DNA of 61,689 nt, filler included, from Globobulimina sp. (GCA_003354225.1; 9 parts of 9 records of this genome joined end to end with filler, not necessarily neighbours in it), one strand, 5' to 3'. Shown: positions 22,969 through 35,759, counted from the whole stretch's first letter. Numbers and translations: made by a program. Notes: generated by a model not told the origin, from the letters alone.

Positions 22969-25900
22969 ATGTTTCTGATGGCCAACGACGAGAAAATGGA
23001 TGATTCTTCTCTTGGCCGTGCCCGATCAATGACAAAAACGTTACAAAAGAAAGGCAAAGCGGCTATTGTCCCCACCACCTCTATAAACACAGAATTTGCG
23101 CAAGTCGTGAATAGATTCAAATCATTGCAAGAAGAATGGACAAAACGTCGCATTACACGCAAAGTGCCCATCATCACCTTAAAATACACGGATCCAAATG
23201 ACTATACAAACTCTGACGCATGCAACGAAATCGACGGCTTGAAAAATGAAAAAAAGCAATTAACTGTCACTGTCTCCTCCTTATTCAAAGAAATGCAACA
23301 CTTAAAACAACAAAATCAAAATATGGCGCAACGCATCGAAAGTCTACGCAAAGTATTACACGAATCCAAGTCATACACAATCTCATTAAAACAACGCAAC
23401 GATAACTTAGCCTCAGATATGGATTTCCAATCCGATTTACACGAAAAGGTATAATGTATAGCAATAGCAATATACAACAAATATAAATGCGAATTTGCGA
23501 TAATAACACAACCACAAACAACAGCAACGCAGAGTGTGGAAGACTAAAATACGCGAATCCATCTCGCAGGAACCGCCCCATTCCATCCACAACAACAAGA
23601 AGCGCAAAAACACGCTGTCCGACGACCTACGCAATTTAGATAACATCTTAGCTGAATACGAGTCGACCATCGACAGACAGCGCGAACAAATCAAGCACAA
23701 AAGCCAGCAGTTAGAGCAACAAAAAGCAGTCTTTGAGTATGAAAAGAACCAACAATACGCCGAGTTAACCAAAGAAATCAATCAGCTCAAAAACCAGCGC
23801 CAGCAAGAAATCGAAGAATTAAAACTGAAAATCGAGCAAAACAACACCGAAATTGGCCGCAGTAAGCAAGAAAACCACCGCTTGCGCAAAACGTTAGAAG
23901 TGACCAACAACGAACTAAATGCCAATCGCAAATTGATCGAAGCCTCGCGGCCGCTGAACGCCACCCAGACTGAACAGCAATTATTCCAATTGGAACAAGA
24001 CTATTTGAACCTGTCTGAGATTTTAGTGGCGTGCCAACATCGCGTGACCAAAGCGGACAATTCTTTGAGCGAAAAGCAACACGAATTGGAAGACGCAAAC
24101 CGTTTAATCGACGAACAGAACAAAACCATGGAGGAATACAAGAAGTCCATGCAATTGTTACAGGCGCATTTAATGGAAAGCAAGTCGGACCAATCCGACC
24201 TAATCAATGCGTTGCAGCAGGAATGGGAGCAATGCAAAGAGGAAGTGATGCGATACAAGCAACGGTGCCGACAGCTGACCCACGACAAGGACCAGTTGCT
24301 GGTATTGCAGAACGTGGCGCGTAACGGCTTGCAATCGTTGACTTTGCAAACTGCGCAGCCGCTGGTGAACAAGCAGTTGAATGGGAATGGCAGTGCCAAC
24401 GCCGAGATGGTGGTGCAATTACACGACTTGCAGCGGAAACTGCAGCAGAAAGAGGACGAAGTGGCCAATCACGAAATGTTGATGAAGCAATTGATGGAGC
24501 AGCAAAAAGCGTTTCTGAAGCGGAACAAGACGTTGGTTGAGCGGTTGAAAGCGATTAAGAAATATTCGCAATCTGGAATTGGCCACAGCGGCAATTGGAA
24601 TTTCGAAGGCGATTTCAACCACACTCCGCCGGAGAATGTCAGCGTGGAACTGAAGAGCATCTATGATCATTATGTGCGAAGTCCCATTATTCAGACAAGG
24701 GACATTATCCATAGGATCAAGATCAAGTCGTCGCAGCTTATAAATAAGGAGAACGAGCACGAGAATGACTACATTGTTTCGGATAAGTTGCGGATCAACA
24801 CCGCCAGTACGATATTGTACGTATTTGAGGACATTTTGATTGCGCGACAGAATGCGATGAACGTATTGGCCAAGAACGAGGATAAAATATTGCGGATTAA
24901 GGAGGAGAACGAGCGCGAAAAGGAAAAATCTGAGATTGAGCGCAGGAAATTGAACGAAGCGACACGTAAATTGAAGCAGCAAATAGTTAAATATGAGAGT
25001 GAGATCCAAGAGATTTACGACAATATCAATATGGAAACGGATTTGACGGATTTGGAGAAGTTGAAGAAGGAAAATGAGCGCATTGCCCAGGAGTTTCTGC
25101 AGGGCGCAAATGTGTGGAATGCAGAGAAGGCCATCATGTCTGCGGAGAGGGCGCAGATCGAGAATGATATCAATTATATCGCACACAATTTGGAGCAATT
25201 GATCTTAGAACGGCAGCAATTTGAACAGGAAGCTGACCAATTTCAAATATTGTATGTCAATTTGATCGCACATTTACGCGAAAAGGGCATGAAAATCGAG
25301 ATTGAATACGTGATTGTGGACCATATGAAGCCGTCGCAATACGCACGCATTGCTATCAAGGATGACAACTTTCTGTCGCAGCGACGCAAGCGGAACACGA
25401 TGCGGTTGAAATTGTACCAAGCCACGACACAGCCGGCGGTGTTGAAGGAAGAGGAGGAAGAACTGCACCAAAAGCAGTCCACGACCAATGTCAATATAAA
25501 TGTCAAGATCAAAAACGCGCATAATCATAATCATAACCATGGCCATAGCCATAATAATAGCAACATCGGACTTAAATCGTACGGCAAGCGAAACGACGCT
25601 GAAAATAATAACAATACGGACAAAAAACCAAATCTATGGAGACTTGTGAGCAACAAACAAAATAAAAACAAGAAGTCCGTGCCGATCATGGGCAATGACG
25701 ACCTCTCCGCAGCTCCCACCAGTCCGCGGACGCCACGGTCGCCGCGATTGCCGCGATTGTCGTCGTCGCATACGGATAGCAACAGCAATAAACAGGAGCA
25801 GAATAATAATGTGCAGTCTGCGGATATTATGAATGTGAATCTCATCGATGATGAGGCCGATGCGTATATACCGTTCGATGAGCCGGACGCGTTTAATTTA

Positions 25901-26449
25901 TTGGACTTTGAGTATCGCAAATTAGCGATGAAGTTCGTGTCGGAGAATGACAATTTTATGAGCCAGTCGATGGACGTGGACGCGATTTCGGGCGACCTGG
26001 ATTTGAATTTGATGGCTCAGGAGGTGCTGTCACAAGAATTGCAGCGGAAACAGGAGAAGTTGCCCAAATTGCAAGGGTGGATAGAAAAGAAATCGCCGAC
26101 TTGGTCGCGAGGGTGGCAGAAGAGGTGGGTCATAGTGCGCGAATATAATATATTTTACGGGAAAACCAAAACGGATATCAAGGACACCAAGAATGAGAGC
26201 GAGAGGAATAAGTTTTTGAACGCCATTCCTTTGTTGGTGGTGCAATACATTGTGGGTACCGACCATAGTCGGTCTGGCAGGAAATTTGAAATCGTGGCAC
26301 GCGATCCGCGCACTGGGGATAGGAGACATTATCAATGGAAGGCCACCACGAGGGAGGAATGTGATAAGTGGGTAAATGGATTGAATGAACATAAAAAATT
26401 GTTGGCGGCGAGGTTACAGTTTTTAGCCAATACTGGTGAAAACAATTAA
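22969..26449 (+). CDS. Long coiled-coil protein with C-terminal PH domain (intron ~23449-23530)
   Basis: Heptad-rich Q/E/K/L sequence; PH motifs LQGWIEKKS...WQKRWVIV...FEI...YQWKATTREECDKWVNGL. Confidence 0.85.
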
Positions 26450-26699
26450 TTTTGCATATATGTTGGAGTGTTGTTGCTTGTTCGTATTGTGTTTTTAGTA
26501 CTTTTTGTTTTTTTCATCCAATATTTTGATTCTGCAGTTTTTGTACCATATTTTTACATCTATTTACATCTATTTTTGTTGTTGTTAAATCTAAATGAAT
26601 TGTATTATTATCCTTTAATCTTAAATTGATGTAAATCTTCAAATTGATTTTTCATTGTTGACACGATCTTTATTTCAAACAACAAAAAATTAAAACAAA

Positions 26700-27428
26700 A
26701 AACCAAACAAACAATCACATACATTCAAAAAGTAATAAATCTTGTCTCCCTCCATTACTATCACTTGTTTGTTGCATTGATATTTTTATTTTTGGATATT
26801 TATAATAATATTTAATGAAGATGAAATTGAGGAATATACATAAAATAACCAACTTCGTCTATCTACACCTTCTTTTTCATCCCAATCCTTCCAAATCCCA
26901 TATAATGAACACTTGATTTTATTTGTTTTTCTTGTTTCACTTAAAATATCCAATAAACGACATAATGAAAATTGATATGAATAATATCCACCAACATTTG
27001 TACATTGAATAACAATATGATTCAAATTTGGAAATAAATTTATCAAACTACTCTTCAATAAATTCCTGCCACCAATAATCTCTTTATATGACATATTCAC
27101 CCACAGAATATGATGACTCCACAATCAAATCTTGTAAAACTGAGGGGTAATCATCTACAAATGACTCCAAATTTATTATTATTGTTTTCTTACTAAATCT
27201 AAACATTTTAAATGTATCCTCAATATATGATGGGATTGATTCATTCTCTTCAAATAAAAAACTTATTATCTCTGCATCTTTGCCATTAAATCCTTTTACA
27301 GCGTCACCATGACCTGCATTAAGAGCAGCATCAAATTTAGATAAAGCAACAAAGAATTTACTAAAATTTGTCCATGTTTCTGTTAATCGAATGGATGTGA
27401 TAGCCATTGGATATTGGCCGTGGATAAA
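26700..27428 (-). pseudogene. 3' fragment of an uncharacterised gene split into overlapping frames
   Basis: ORFs 27084-27407 and 26786-27124 overlap in different frames and read as one protein; begins at the contig edge. Confidence 0.35.
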
Positions 27429-27702
27429 NNNNNNNNNNNNNNNNNNNNNNNNNNNNNNNNNNNNNNNNNNNNTTAATTAATTAANNNNNNNNNNNNNNNN
27501 NNNNNNNNNNNNNNNNNNNNNNNNNNNNAGTGGAGGTAGGTGATTTCATTTGATACCCAGTATACCAGTTTTTAAAAACTCCAGGAGAAAAATAATGACA
27601 CACAAGCACAGCAAATAAACCAAATATGATTAGTAATAAACCAAATATGAATAAATAAACCAAATTAGCACATTCTATTGGACAAAATCCAAAACAAGGT
27701 TC

Positions 27703-30700
27703 ATGTGTGCAAAACAACTCAATTACATTGAAGGCGAACCAACCATACAACAGTCCATAAAACATGAAAAATATCATATACGATGGAATGTTCCCCACAA
27801 TGTCCCCCACAAACAAGTCATATCTCATTGGCAGTCCATCCAACGGTTCAACTGCACCAATCTCCACACACTGAACAGAGCCAACCACATCAATAACATG
27901 AAGAATAATGCCATTCTTGCATTAAATCAAGTGTTCAAATATGCGGTGTCGCAGCACAGAACTGACCATAACAATCTACGCCGCTATAAAAAGTATCTCG
28001 TCCACAAAGTAATCCAATCACACCTTAATAACCACCAGTTTACCGATGCAGATCTCCCAAACATAATACAGAAATTCCCATTCCTGCAATTATATGCCCC
28101 TAAAATTGAACCCATCACAGCCACGAAAATATCAATCAAAAACCTCACCATTGGATTCCTGAATATCAATGGGTCTGCGAAGTATAAAACAACCCATACC
28201 CACCCATACATGCAGCAACTGATTGTACAGCATAAATTGGACATAATCTGTCTCATAGACACCCGCTGCTCCTCCAGACCCACCTGGTCAGTCCCCGGAT
28301 ATACATTAATTGCCCACAAATCCCCAATACAAACTAATAATACTGCCAGAATTGGAGGAATATTAATATACAAAAAGCGGCAGCTCAAGAATAATATACG
28401 GTACATCCAGAAAACCAGAGGTCTAAATACCATTTGGCTGTCCGTTGAGTTTCCCAATCAACTGAAACCGACTTATTTATCAGTCAACTATGTGCGACCA
28501 TTCAACCCCAAAAATCCCACCCGCAGTACCAAATTCTATAACACATTATCGGCCGACATAAACCGCCTCAAAGCGAGCTACCATAATGTCTTTGTAATTG
28601 GTGATTTCAATGCCAGACTGGGCGCTGAAACAACTGACCATAACACTAATTCACATTATGCACATATGAAATCATTACTAATGCGCACTGATCTCCGCAT
28701 AGCAAACCCCATCTTTGCACCGCACTTCTTAACCTATCTGTCAAAAGGTGCTGCGAACACTGGTGGCTCAATCATTGACTACGTAATGACAGACCAGTTA
28801 CTTGCCATTGACTCACTAAAAGTTGACACACATCCAATCTTCGCGGATCACAGGCCAGTCATATTTGCACTTAAAAACACGCAGTGCAAAGTCACCTATG
28901 CAGATAGGCATTTCGTTCTGCGGCCTTATGAACCCAATGATAAACTAAAAGTGCTGCACCATAAAATACTATCTGCCAAATTGCCCCACATACAAAAATT
29001 TGCTGCCGGAGTTGAGTACTATACCAGCCCGAAGGACCGTGCTTTTATCTCAAATGTTATCTCAATATGTGTAATGTATACAATCCATCTGGCCACTATC
29101 AAAGCCTTTGGTGTCTCTGACTTTGAATCAATAAACAAATGGTCAGACTCCTCCATAACCAGAATAAACCTAAACATTAAACAGAGAATACTGCGCAATT
29201 CAGATCCTGACCTCTCCAAAGGTTCGCAAATCCTATCTGAGGCCAAAGCTGCCTACCAACAAGAAGCGATTGACAAGTTGCGCCGCAATACGGTTAATTT
29301 CGGCAACCTCAACCATTGCCAGAAACTTAAACGCTTCAAATCAATGAACCGCAGCCTTGACTTTATCGATGATGAACCATTCCTCCATTACAAAGGAGGT
29401 TTGGTCCCCAAAAACGAAGCATTATCAGACCATTTTGCCCACATAAACGGCCCAATCCCTGACCCAACTTCCAATGACTCCCTCCAACAAATAAACCATT
29501 TTAATGCAGACCTTGCAGCCTTTGTACATGACCCGATCCGTTTCATCCCCTCCAAGCCCATAGAAGATGCTCCAGACTCTTCCCCACCGCCTCTTGAACC
29601 CATGAATATAGACAGTGAGGAATGGAACAATGATGCCACCATTGAAGGCGTGCCACACTATGACCCTCAATTTGTCAATGAGCACGAATCAGAATTAAAT
29701 GATATGTTCCAAATTGAATACGACGCCATACACAACACCCATAATAACCATAATACAGACAACATCACTGTTGGTGGAAATGTACCAAATCACAGTGACA
29801 CAAACAGCACAGACCCTGCCCCGGCTGATGACTATTACTTAAAATATTCTTCCGTTGAGATGGCAATGCAGTTCGCCAATGCCCGTTCAGCCCCGGGTTA
29901 TGACGGCATAAAATCACAACACCTCAATCTAAATAACGACACAATCAACAAACTCCTCTGCTTAATGTATAATGTGTGGAACACCACCTTTGTCATCCCG
30001 TACTATTGCCGATTGGGATCAGTTATTTCCATCCTAAAAACACCGGATGGCAACACGCCAAATCAATACCGCCCAATCACGCTTCTCCCGCTAATATTTA
30101 AGGCATACGAACGCCTTGTCCTATGGCGCATGAATATCCTACACAACTTCCGAAGAAATTTGCACATCTTGCAAGGCGGCAATAGAGCCAAACGAGGAGT
30201 TCCAGAGCAACTTGGCACACTCCACCTCGTCGCAGAGACTGCCAAAATACAAAACAAACCCCTTTACTGTGCCTCATTGGATATACGAAAGGCATTCGAC
30301 ACAGTGTGGCGTAAGGGTCTGCTCTACAAATTACATAATGATTTCAGTATACCCATCAACGTCTGCAAAGTCATAAAAGCGATATACGATAATTCCCACT
30401 CTGCAATACGTGATATTCCGTTCATCACACAAATATTCAAACTACATAATGGTGTACTGCAGGGATCTGTCCTCAGCCCCATCCTGTTTGCTGCATTTGT
30501 GAATGATATGATCACTGAATTGCAGGACTCTCAAATGGGTGCCACCTCCCCTGATCCCAACACTTTAATTGCCTGTATCTTCTATGCCGATGATGTCGTA
30601 CTGACTGCAAATACCATTGAGAACTTAGCAGCGCTGCTACGAATCTGTGAGAGGCACAGTAAGCAATGGGCCTACACCTTCAATGCTGCCAAATGCAAAA

Positions 30701-32944
30701 CCATGATTTATAACGACTCGTCCATCCTAAATAACAACACAAACCATTACAGCGCCGCACAAAAACAAATCATCACAAATGAGTACCATTCCAAACTAGC
30801 CGCTCCAAACAATAAAGAGGCACCAATGGTCCTCATACAACACCCAAAAAATAAGCAAATCCAAGCAATTGACATCGATGGATATGTCTGTTCGTACAAA
30901 ATAGATGAAATACCCTCAGACATTTACGACCCATTCATCGCGCATTGCCGCTACTATAAAAACAATGTTTCCAATAAACCATACCATATACTCTGGAACA
31001 ATATAATCCGTGATGATAGCTGGGCAATTTCTAAAATGCACTTTTCATGCATTATGAATAATAAACCTCTCACCAATGTCACTTTCCTTCGCTATCTCGG
31101 AGCCCATCTCTGCTCGTTTGATGTTGACAATTTAGTTTCCACAAAATGCACAAACAAAGTCTTCCTAAACAAATTGGATCAAAAGGCAAGACTGCTCAGC
31201 AGATTGGACTTCAACCACAGTTTTATTTCACTAAGAGATAAAATACGCATTTTAAAAACTTTCTATCTGGTTTACACCGAAATATTTGCACAGGTCCTGG
31301 ACTGCAAGAACATCAATTTAGTAGCAGCCCTTGAGAAACAAATCAATGTCATACGCAAACAAACCAAAATCAAACATTTTGTATTTACACAATTCTCCAT
31401 TTTTGCAGGCATCCCATCCCCATTGGAACGTTGGATAGTTCTTAAATTGTCCTTCTATTGGAAATTAACAAAAAATAAACCCATATCATACATGCATATC
31501 TGGAACAACCTCCCCAACATAAATGATTATACCCTCTATAAACAGTACGATGCCTTAAAACAAACTTGGCTCCCCAATGAGATCAAAATCATTGATGACA
31601 TTCCTCGCAATGTTGACATATTCAATACAGCTCTAGACACCCAAAGTCTACGTCCAATCATAGTACAACGTCAGCATCGCAAAATAGTTAACTCCCTGCA
31701 CCGATATCATCCCCTCAGAATCCTTGAACACCACCTCCCGGATTACAAAGCTATGAATACCTATGAGGTGGTTGACCTGAGCCAGTATGTCAATAATAAT
31801 ATGATTCGCCAATACCGTGAACTGTTCTATTATTTCAATCAAAAACGTAATCACTGTCTCCTATGCTCAGCTGACGTCCAATCACCAATTGAGGTCCATC
31901 TCTGCCTCCACTGCCCACTCCTAGAGACATATCGATATCTGTATTGGAATCATGCCAAAGCTGAATTTGCCAAAATTGGCTCCAAAATAAACACCTTCCA
32001 TAACCAAATCTATATGCAGAGAATCATTGAGTTCTGCACCGATGTCCGTTTCAACAAAAACACCATCTGGCAAATAATTTGCGGTGTCAACTGCTTTGAT
32101 GAAGATTCGCTCCAATTCACCTATAAACACATAAATATGGACATTTCCCACAAAAAAAACACTTTCTATAAATGCGTCATCTCACAGTCCCATCGCTTCC
32201 TCAATACTGTCTATCGCATCCATAACAAAGAAATATCCATCAGATACTGTGAAAACCAACACAACTTCGTCCCTGACCAACTTATACTGCATCACACCAG
32301 AAATGATTCGATAAATGATTGGAATAATTACCTACACAGAATACAGCGAACTGATATTATAATTGCTACAGACTCATCAAACGCCCATAATCGCACTGGC
32401 CTAGGCATCACAATCAAAGATAATAATGAAATACATTGCTTTGCTCAACCCATCGGATCCCAAACCAACCACTATGGTGAACTACTAGCCATTGCTAAAA
32501 CTGAATTCTTCCTCAAATACTGCAATATAAACACAAATCACCGCCGCATCATCCTTTTCACAGATTCCATGACAAACTTCCTCTCTTTAATCAATACGCC
32601 AAAAAAGGTCCATAAACTAACGTATGTCGGCTTATTCCGCCAAACACAAAAACACATCCGCAATATGAACATAATCCTTTGGAAAGTGAAATCACACACT
32701 AAGCCCAAAGAACAAGTCTTCAATGGAATTGCCGACAAACTTGCCTATGTAGGCCGCAATCATCCACAAAATAGTAACCTCATAATACCATCAACCAATT
32801 CCATCATCTATGCAAAATATAAACGCTTTGTGCTGCCACCCGAACCTAGTTTCGGGTTTATACAAACCCTCACAGGGTTGTTTCAGCAATCTGTGAGTCT
32901 GGAATCGGACTTACGTCCTGATTGAATTTTGTACTACTACTACT
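27703..32944 (+). mobile_element. Non-LTR retrotransposon (LINE): 1740-aa ORF with APE endonuclease, RT, CCHC knuckle and C-terminal RNase H, ending in a (TAC)n tail
   Basis: APE: FLNING, IGDFNA, IIDY, ADHRP. RT: YRPITLL, LDIRKAFD, GVLQGSVLSP, YADD, RYLG. Knuckle: C-x2-C-x10-H-x4-C. RNase H: ATDSS, GELLAI, FTDS, SHT, NGIADKLA. Stop at 32925, then TACTACTACTACT. Confidence 0.93.
32869..32944 (+). repeat. LINE 3' terminus: two hairpins and (TAC)4 tail
   Basis: CTCACAGGGTTG-TTTCAG-CAATCTGTGAG (32869-32897); AATCGGAC-TTAC-GTCCTGATT (32903-32923); TACTACTACTACT (32932-32944). Confidence 0.65.
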
Positions 32945-33150
32945 GAATTGTGTTACATTTGTTTTCATAAATTGTCAAATGGGCAAAAAATACATTTAGA
33001 ATGTTGTGGCTTGAGAGTAAGGTCGATTGCATTGCCAATGGCAAAAGTGTAGCACTCCAGCAATTATGTTAGTACAAATATACAAACAAACAAATCAAAT
33101 ATGGCGTGGGGCACTTTTCATATCCTTGCACTGAAACAATTACTATACAC

Positions 33151-33900
33151 TCAATGTAAATTAAACAGTTTAATAATTCTAGATTTAATAACCTTTTTAT
33201 TACAAAATGAACACTTTTTTATCTGTTTCACACAACTTTCACAATATATATGGCCACATGATAAAGCATGACTTTTTCTCTTATCCATACAAATGGGACA
33301 TGCTTTACTATCATTATCCAAATCTTCATCATCATTCTTATTATTATTATTGTTGTTGTCATTGATATGTCCACTGTTCTTTATAATATTACCATTGTCC
33401 TCATTAAGTGAAGCCTGCAAAGCTTTTTGTAACAATTCTTCATTTATATCCGATAAAAGTACATTGTTTTCAGGATTCAAAGATGCTTTCAAAGCTTTGT
33501 CCAATTCATAATCATGACCACTCTTTGCTTCATCATCAGATGATTCATTATCAGCAGAATAATCGGATGGATTCGAATGAGAATTGGAGGTTTTTCCATT
33601 TTTCCATTTTTCCAACTGCTTCTGATATTTTTTCCAATGGCTTGATTTTTTGTATTCTCCCACTTCGATGGCATAGGCTTGCCTCAATTCATCTGCTCTC
33701 TCCACATATGGTAATTTTTGTTTTGAATCCATTTTTCTCCATTCAGCCGCAATTAACTTCGAAATACCCACCAGTCGCAAATTTGTGAATTGTTCGTTTA
33801 AAACAGGCCTCCTTTCATTACTATATAGAAAATATGACGATAGAGGTCGCCTTGGCGCATTGCTGTCTTTTTTTGGTTTTCTTCCTCTTTTTCTAGACAT
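33151..33900 (-). CDS. HMG-box + two UIM-like motifs + C3HC4 RING protein
   Basis: Likely start MSRKRGRKPKK at 33900; HMG APRRPLSSYFLY...W..M....K.PY; UIM-like ELDKALKASL and LLQKALQASL; RING CPICMD...CGHIYCESC...CSFC. Confidence 0.85.
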   Translation of the reverse strand: MSRKRGRKPKKDSNAPRRPLSSYFLYSNERRPVLNEQFTNLRLVGISKLIAAEWRKMDSKQKLPYVERADELRQAYAIEVGEYKKSSHWKKYQKQLEKWKNGKTSNSHSNPSDYSADNESSDDEAKSGHDYELDKALKASLNPENNVLLSDINEELLQKALQASLNEDNGNIIKNSGHINDNNNNNNKNDDEDLDNDSKACPICMDKRKSHALSCGHIYCESCVKQIKKCSFCNKKVIKSRIIKLFNLH

Positions 33901-33987
33901 GATTTGAGTAGACTGCAGCAGCGATTTTCCAAAAAACTTAGATTGCATACATTTCGGACTAGAATTTTGCACCATCGTGCGTGTGAA

Positions 33988-34275
33988 ATGAACAACGAGG
34001 TATATGTTACTGCCATGGAAGGTGAAAAGGCATTTAACTTTGATAATTGGTTGATACAAAGTAAATTAATCGATATTAAACATATATTTGTAAAGCATAA
34101 TATGATCACTACTGGTAACTTATCGACGCAATCCTCTGCATTTAAATATTTTATATCTGACCCACAATTATTGATGAACCACGGTGGTTTAATATCTGTT
34201 GCTGTCGATGCTATGCAAAAATTGACCAGTTTGAATCAAATGTTATGTGTTTATTACGACAACGATATAATTTAA
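33988..34275 (+). CDS. Uncharacterised protein, probable first exon (truncated)
   Basis: ATG MNNEVYVTAMEG divergent from the HMG gene; near the contig end. Confidence 0.4.
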   Translation: MNNEVYVTAMEGEKAFNFDNWLIQSKLIDIKHIFVKHNMITTGNLSTQSSAFKYFISDPQLLMNHGGLISVAVDAMQKLTSLNQMLCVYYDNDII

Positions 34276-34442
34276 ATAAGTTCTGAGCCCTNNNNNNNNN
34301 NNNNNNNNNNNNNNNNNNNNNNNNNNNNNNNNNNNTTAATTAATTAANNNNNNNNNNNNNNNNNNNNNNNNNNNNNNNNNNNNNNNNNNNNAAATTTAAA
34401 GTCATTTTAATTACTTTTATGATTTGTTCGATATGACTGTTA

Positions 34443-35363
34443 CTAATTTAAATTGCTACTATTTGGCAAATATATCATCATGGCATTATTCGATCTTTTG
34501 CATTTGCAATAGATGAAAAGGCAATTAATATTATAAGTGATATATGATGATATATTTGTGGCTGTGCATTTTAGCCATTCATATTCAAGTTTTATTCTTG
34601 CTCTTTGTGACAGTTTGACGGGATCTTGAAATGATTCACCACCCAAATGAAACACCGATCTGCCATTAGTAAATACAACACGAATGCATTTATTCTGTGC
34701 TATTTTCTCTTTTGCCTCTTCCAATGTGGTCACTGCATGAACAATATTCTGACATACAATGCATTCATATTGTTTATGAGTAATATAATCTAAATATTTA
34801 AAATTCTCATATGCCACAACTGGACAATATAGCTTAATATCTTCAAATCCTTTGGGCATATTTTTATCTTTATCTATTTCTCCTGCATACAATTCATTTT
34901 CTTTATATTCATTCGTATTTACTACAACTTTATTTATTCTATTTATGTCATAATTGCATCCCTCAATAACCATCCATTCAGAATGTGTGGCATCTTCCAT
35001 CCATGCTCTATCTGAATTGTATTGCCATGAATTTTTTATTTTATTTCGTTTATAACTTAAATACAAATCCCATCTCTTACATTTTAGACTCTTTGCTGTC
35101 AATGGAAATTGTTGGCGAACTTCGTGTTGCCATAATTTGTGAATAGGTTTCTTTGTTGGATCCATTAAATGATAGAAATGTCCATTAAGTCGCCTCACTG
35201 CATTCCATGAGTTTGCATCAATCAATAATAAGATTTTTATGAATATGGCCTCTGTTAATTGCCCAAAGCTACTGAGTTTAAGTTTAGGTCTAATTTTAGA
35301 TGGAATGACATTTTTAACAGATTTAATTTTCTTCTTTGTTTGTTTTGAAGAGGTGATTCCCAT
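34443..35363 (-). CDS. F-box-like protein with N-myristoylation motif and C-terminal Cys-rich domain
   Basis: MGITSS N-terminus; FGQLTEAIFIKILLLIDANSWNAVRRLNGHFY F-box-like segment; CP...CIVC...VH...C region; the 3' end may be spliced. Confidence 0.65.
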   Translation of the reverse strand: MGITSSKQTKKKIKSVKNVIPSKIRPKLKLSSFGQLTEAIFIKILLLIDANSWNAVRRLNGHFYHLMDPTKKPIHKLWQHEVRQQFPLTAKSLKCKRWDLYLSYKRNKIKNSWQYNSDRAWMEDATHSEWMVIEGCNYDINRINKVVVNTNEYKENELYAGEIDKDKNMPKGFEDIKLYCPVVAYENFKYLDYITHKQYECIVCQNIVHAVTTLEEAKEKIAQNKCIRVVFTNGRSVFHLGGESFQDPVKLSQRARIKLEYEWLKCTATNISSYITYNINCLFIYCKCKRSNNAMMIYLPNSSNLN

Positions 35364-35722
35364 TGTCCATGTACTTGTTTTTTGTGCTTACTACAAAGTT
35401 TATCAAATCCAGTTTGGTCATTGAAAACGAACGTTTTGCGGGTAAAAGCTGCGCGGATTTGATCATTGAAAACATCGATGAATAGTGATGAGTGTCATGA
35501 AAGAAACAGAAACTCACTCAAATCAAATGGCAAGATCATACCCAACACAAAAATCAAGATAACTTGCAAAAATGATCGATTTTCCATTACTTTTTCCAAA
35601 TTATACAAATCAGTACGTTACATATTACATTTCACATTCATATCATTCCGATCATGACTATGGTGATGCCGGCCAATGTGGACTGCGCTCAGATTTTGTT
35701 GAAGGCGTAGCTTGTGACCTTC

Positions 35723-35759
35723 CCGTATTAGACCGACCCGTATTAGACCGACCCGTATG
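35723..35759 (+). repeat. 15-bp tandem repeat (CCGTATTAGACCGAC) x~2.5
   Basis: Direct repeat; encodes TGRSN/TGRSN/TGRSQ on the minus strand, probably within a small spliced TM gene starting at 36111. Confidence 0.7.

Noticed and set aside
27612-27668. Three AATAAACCAAAT repeats upstream of the LINE ORF as a CRISPR-like array
   Set aside because: Too short and AT-rich with no unique spacers; more likely a simple repeat in the LINE 5' region.
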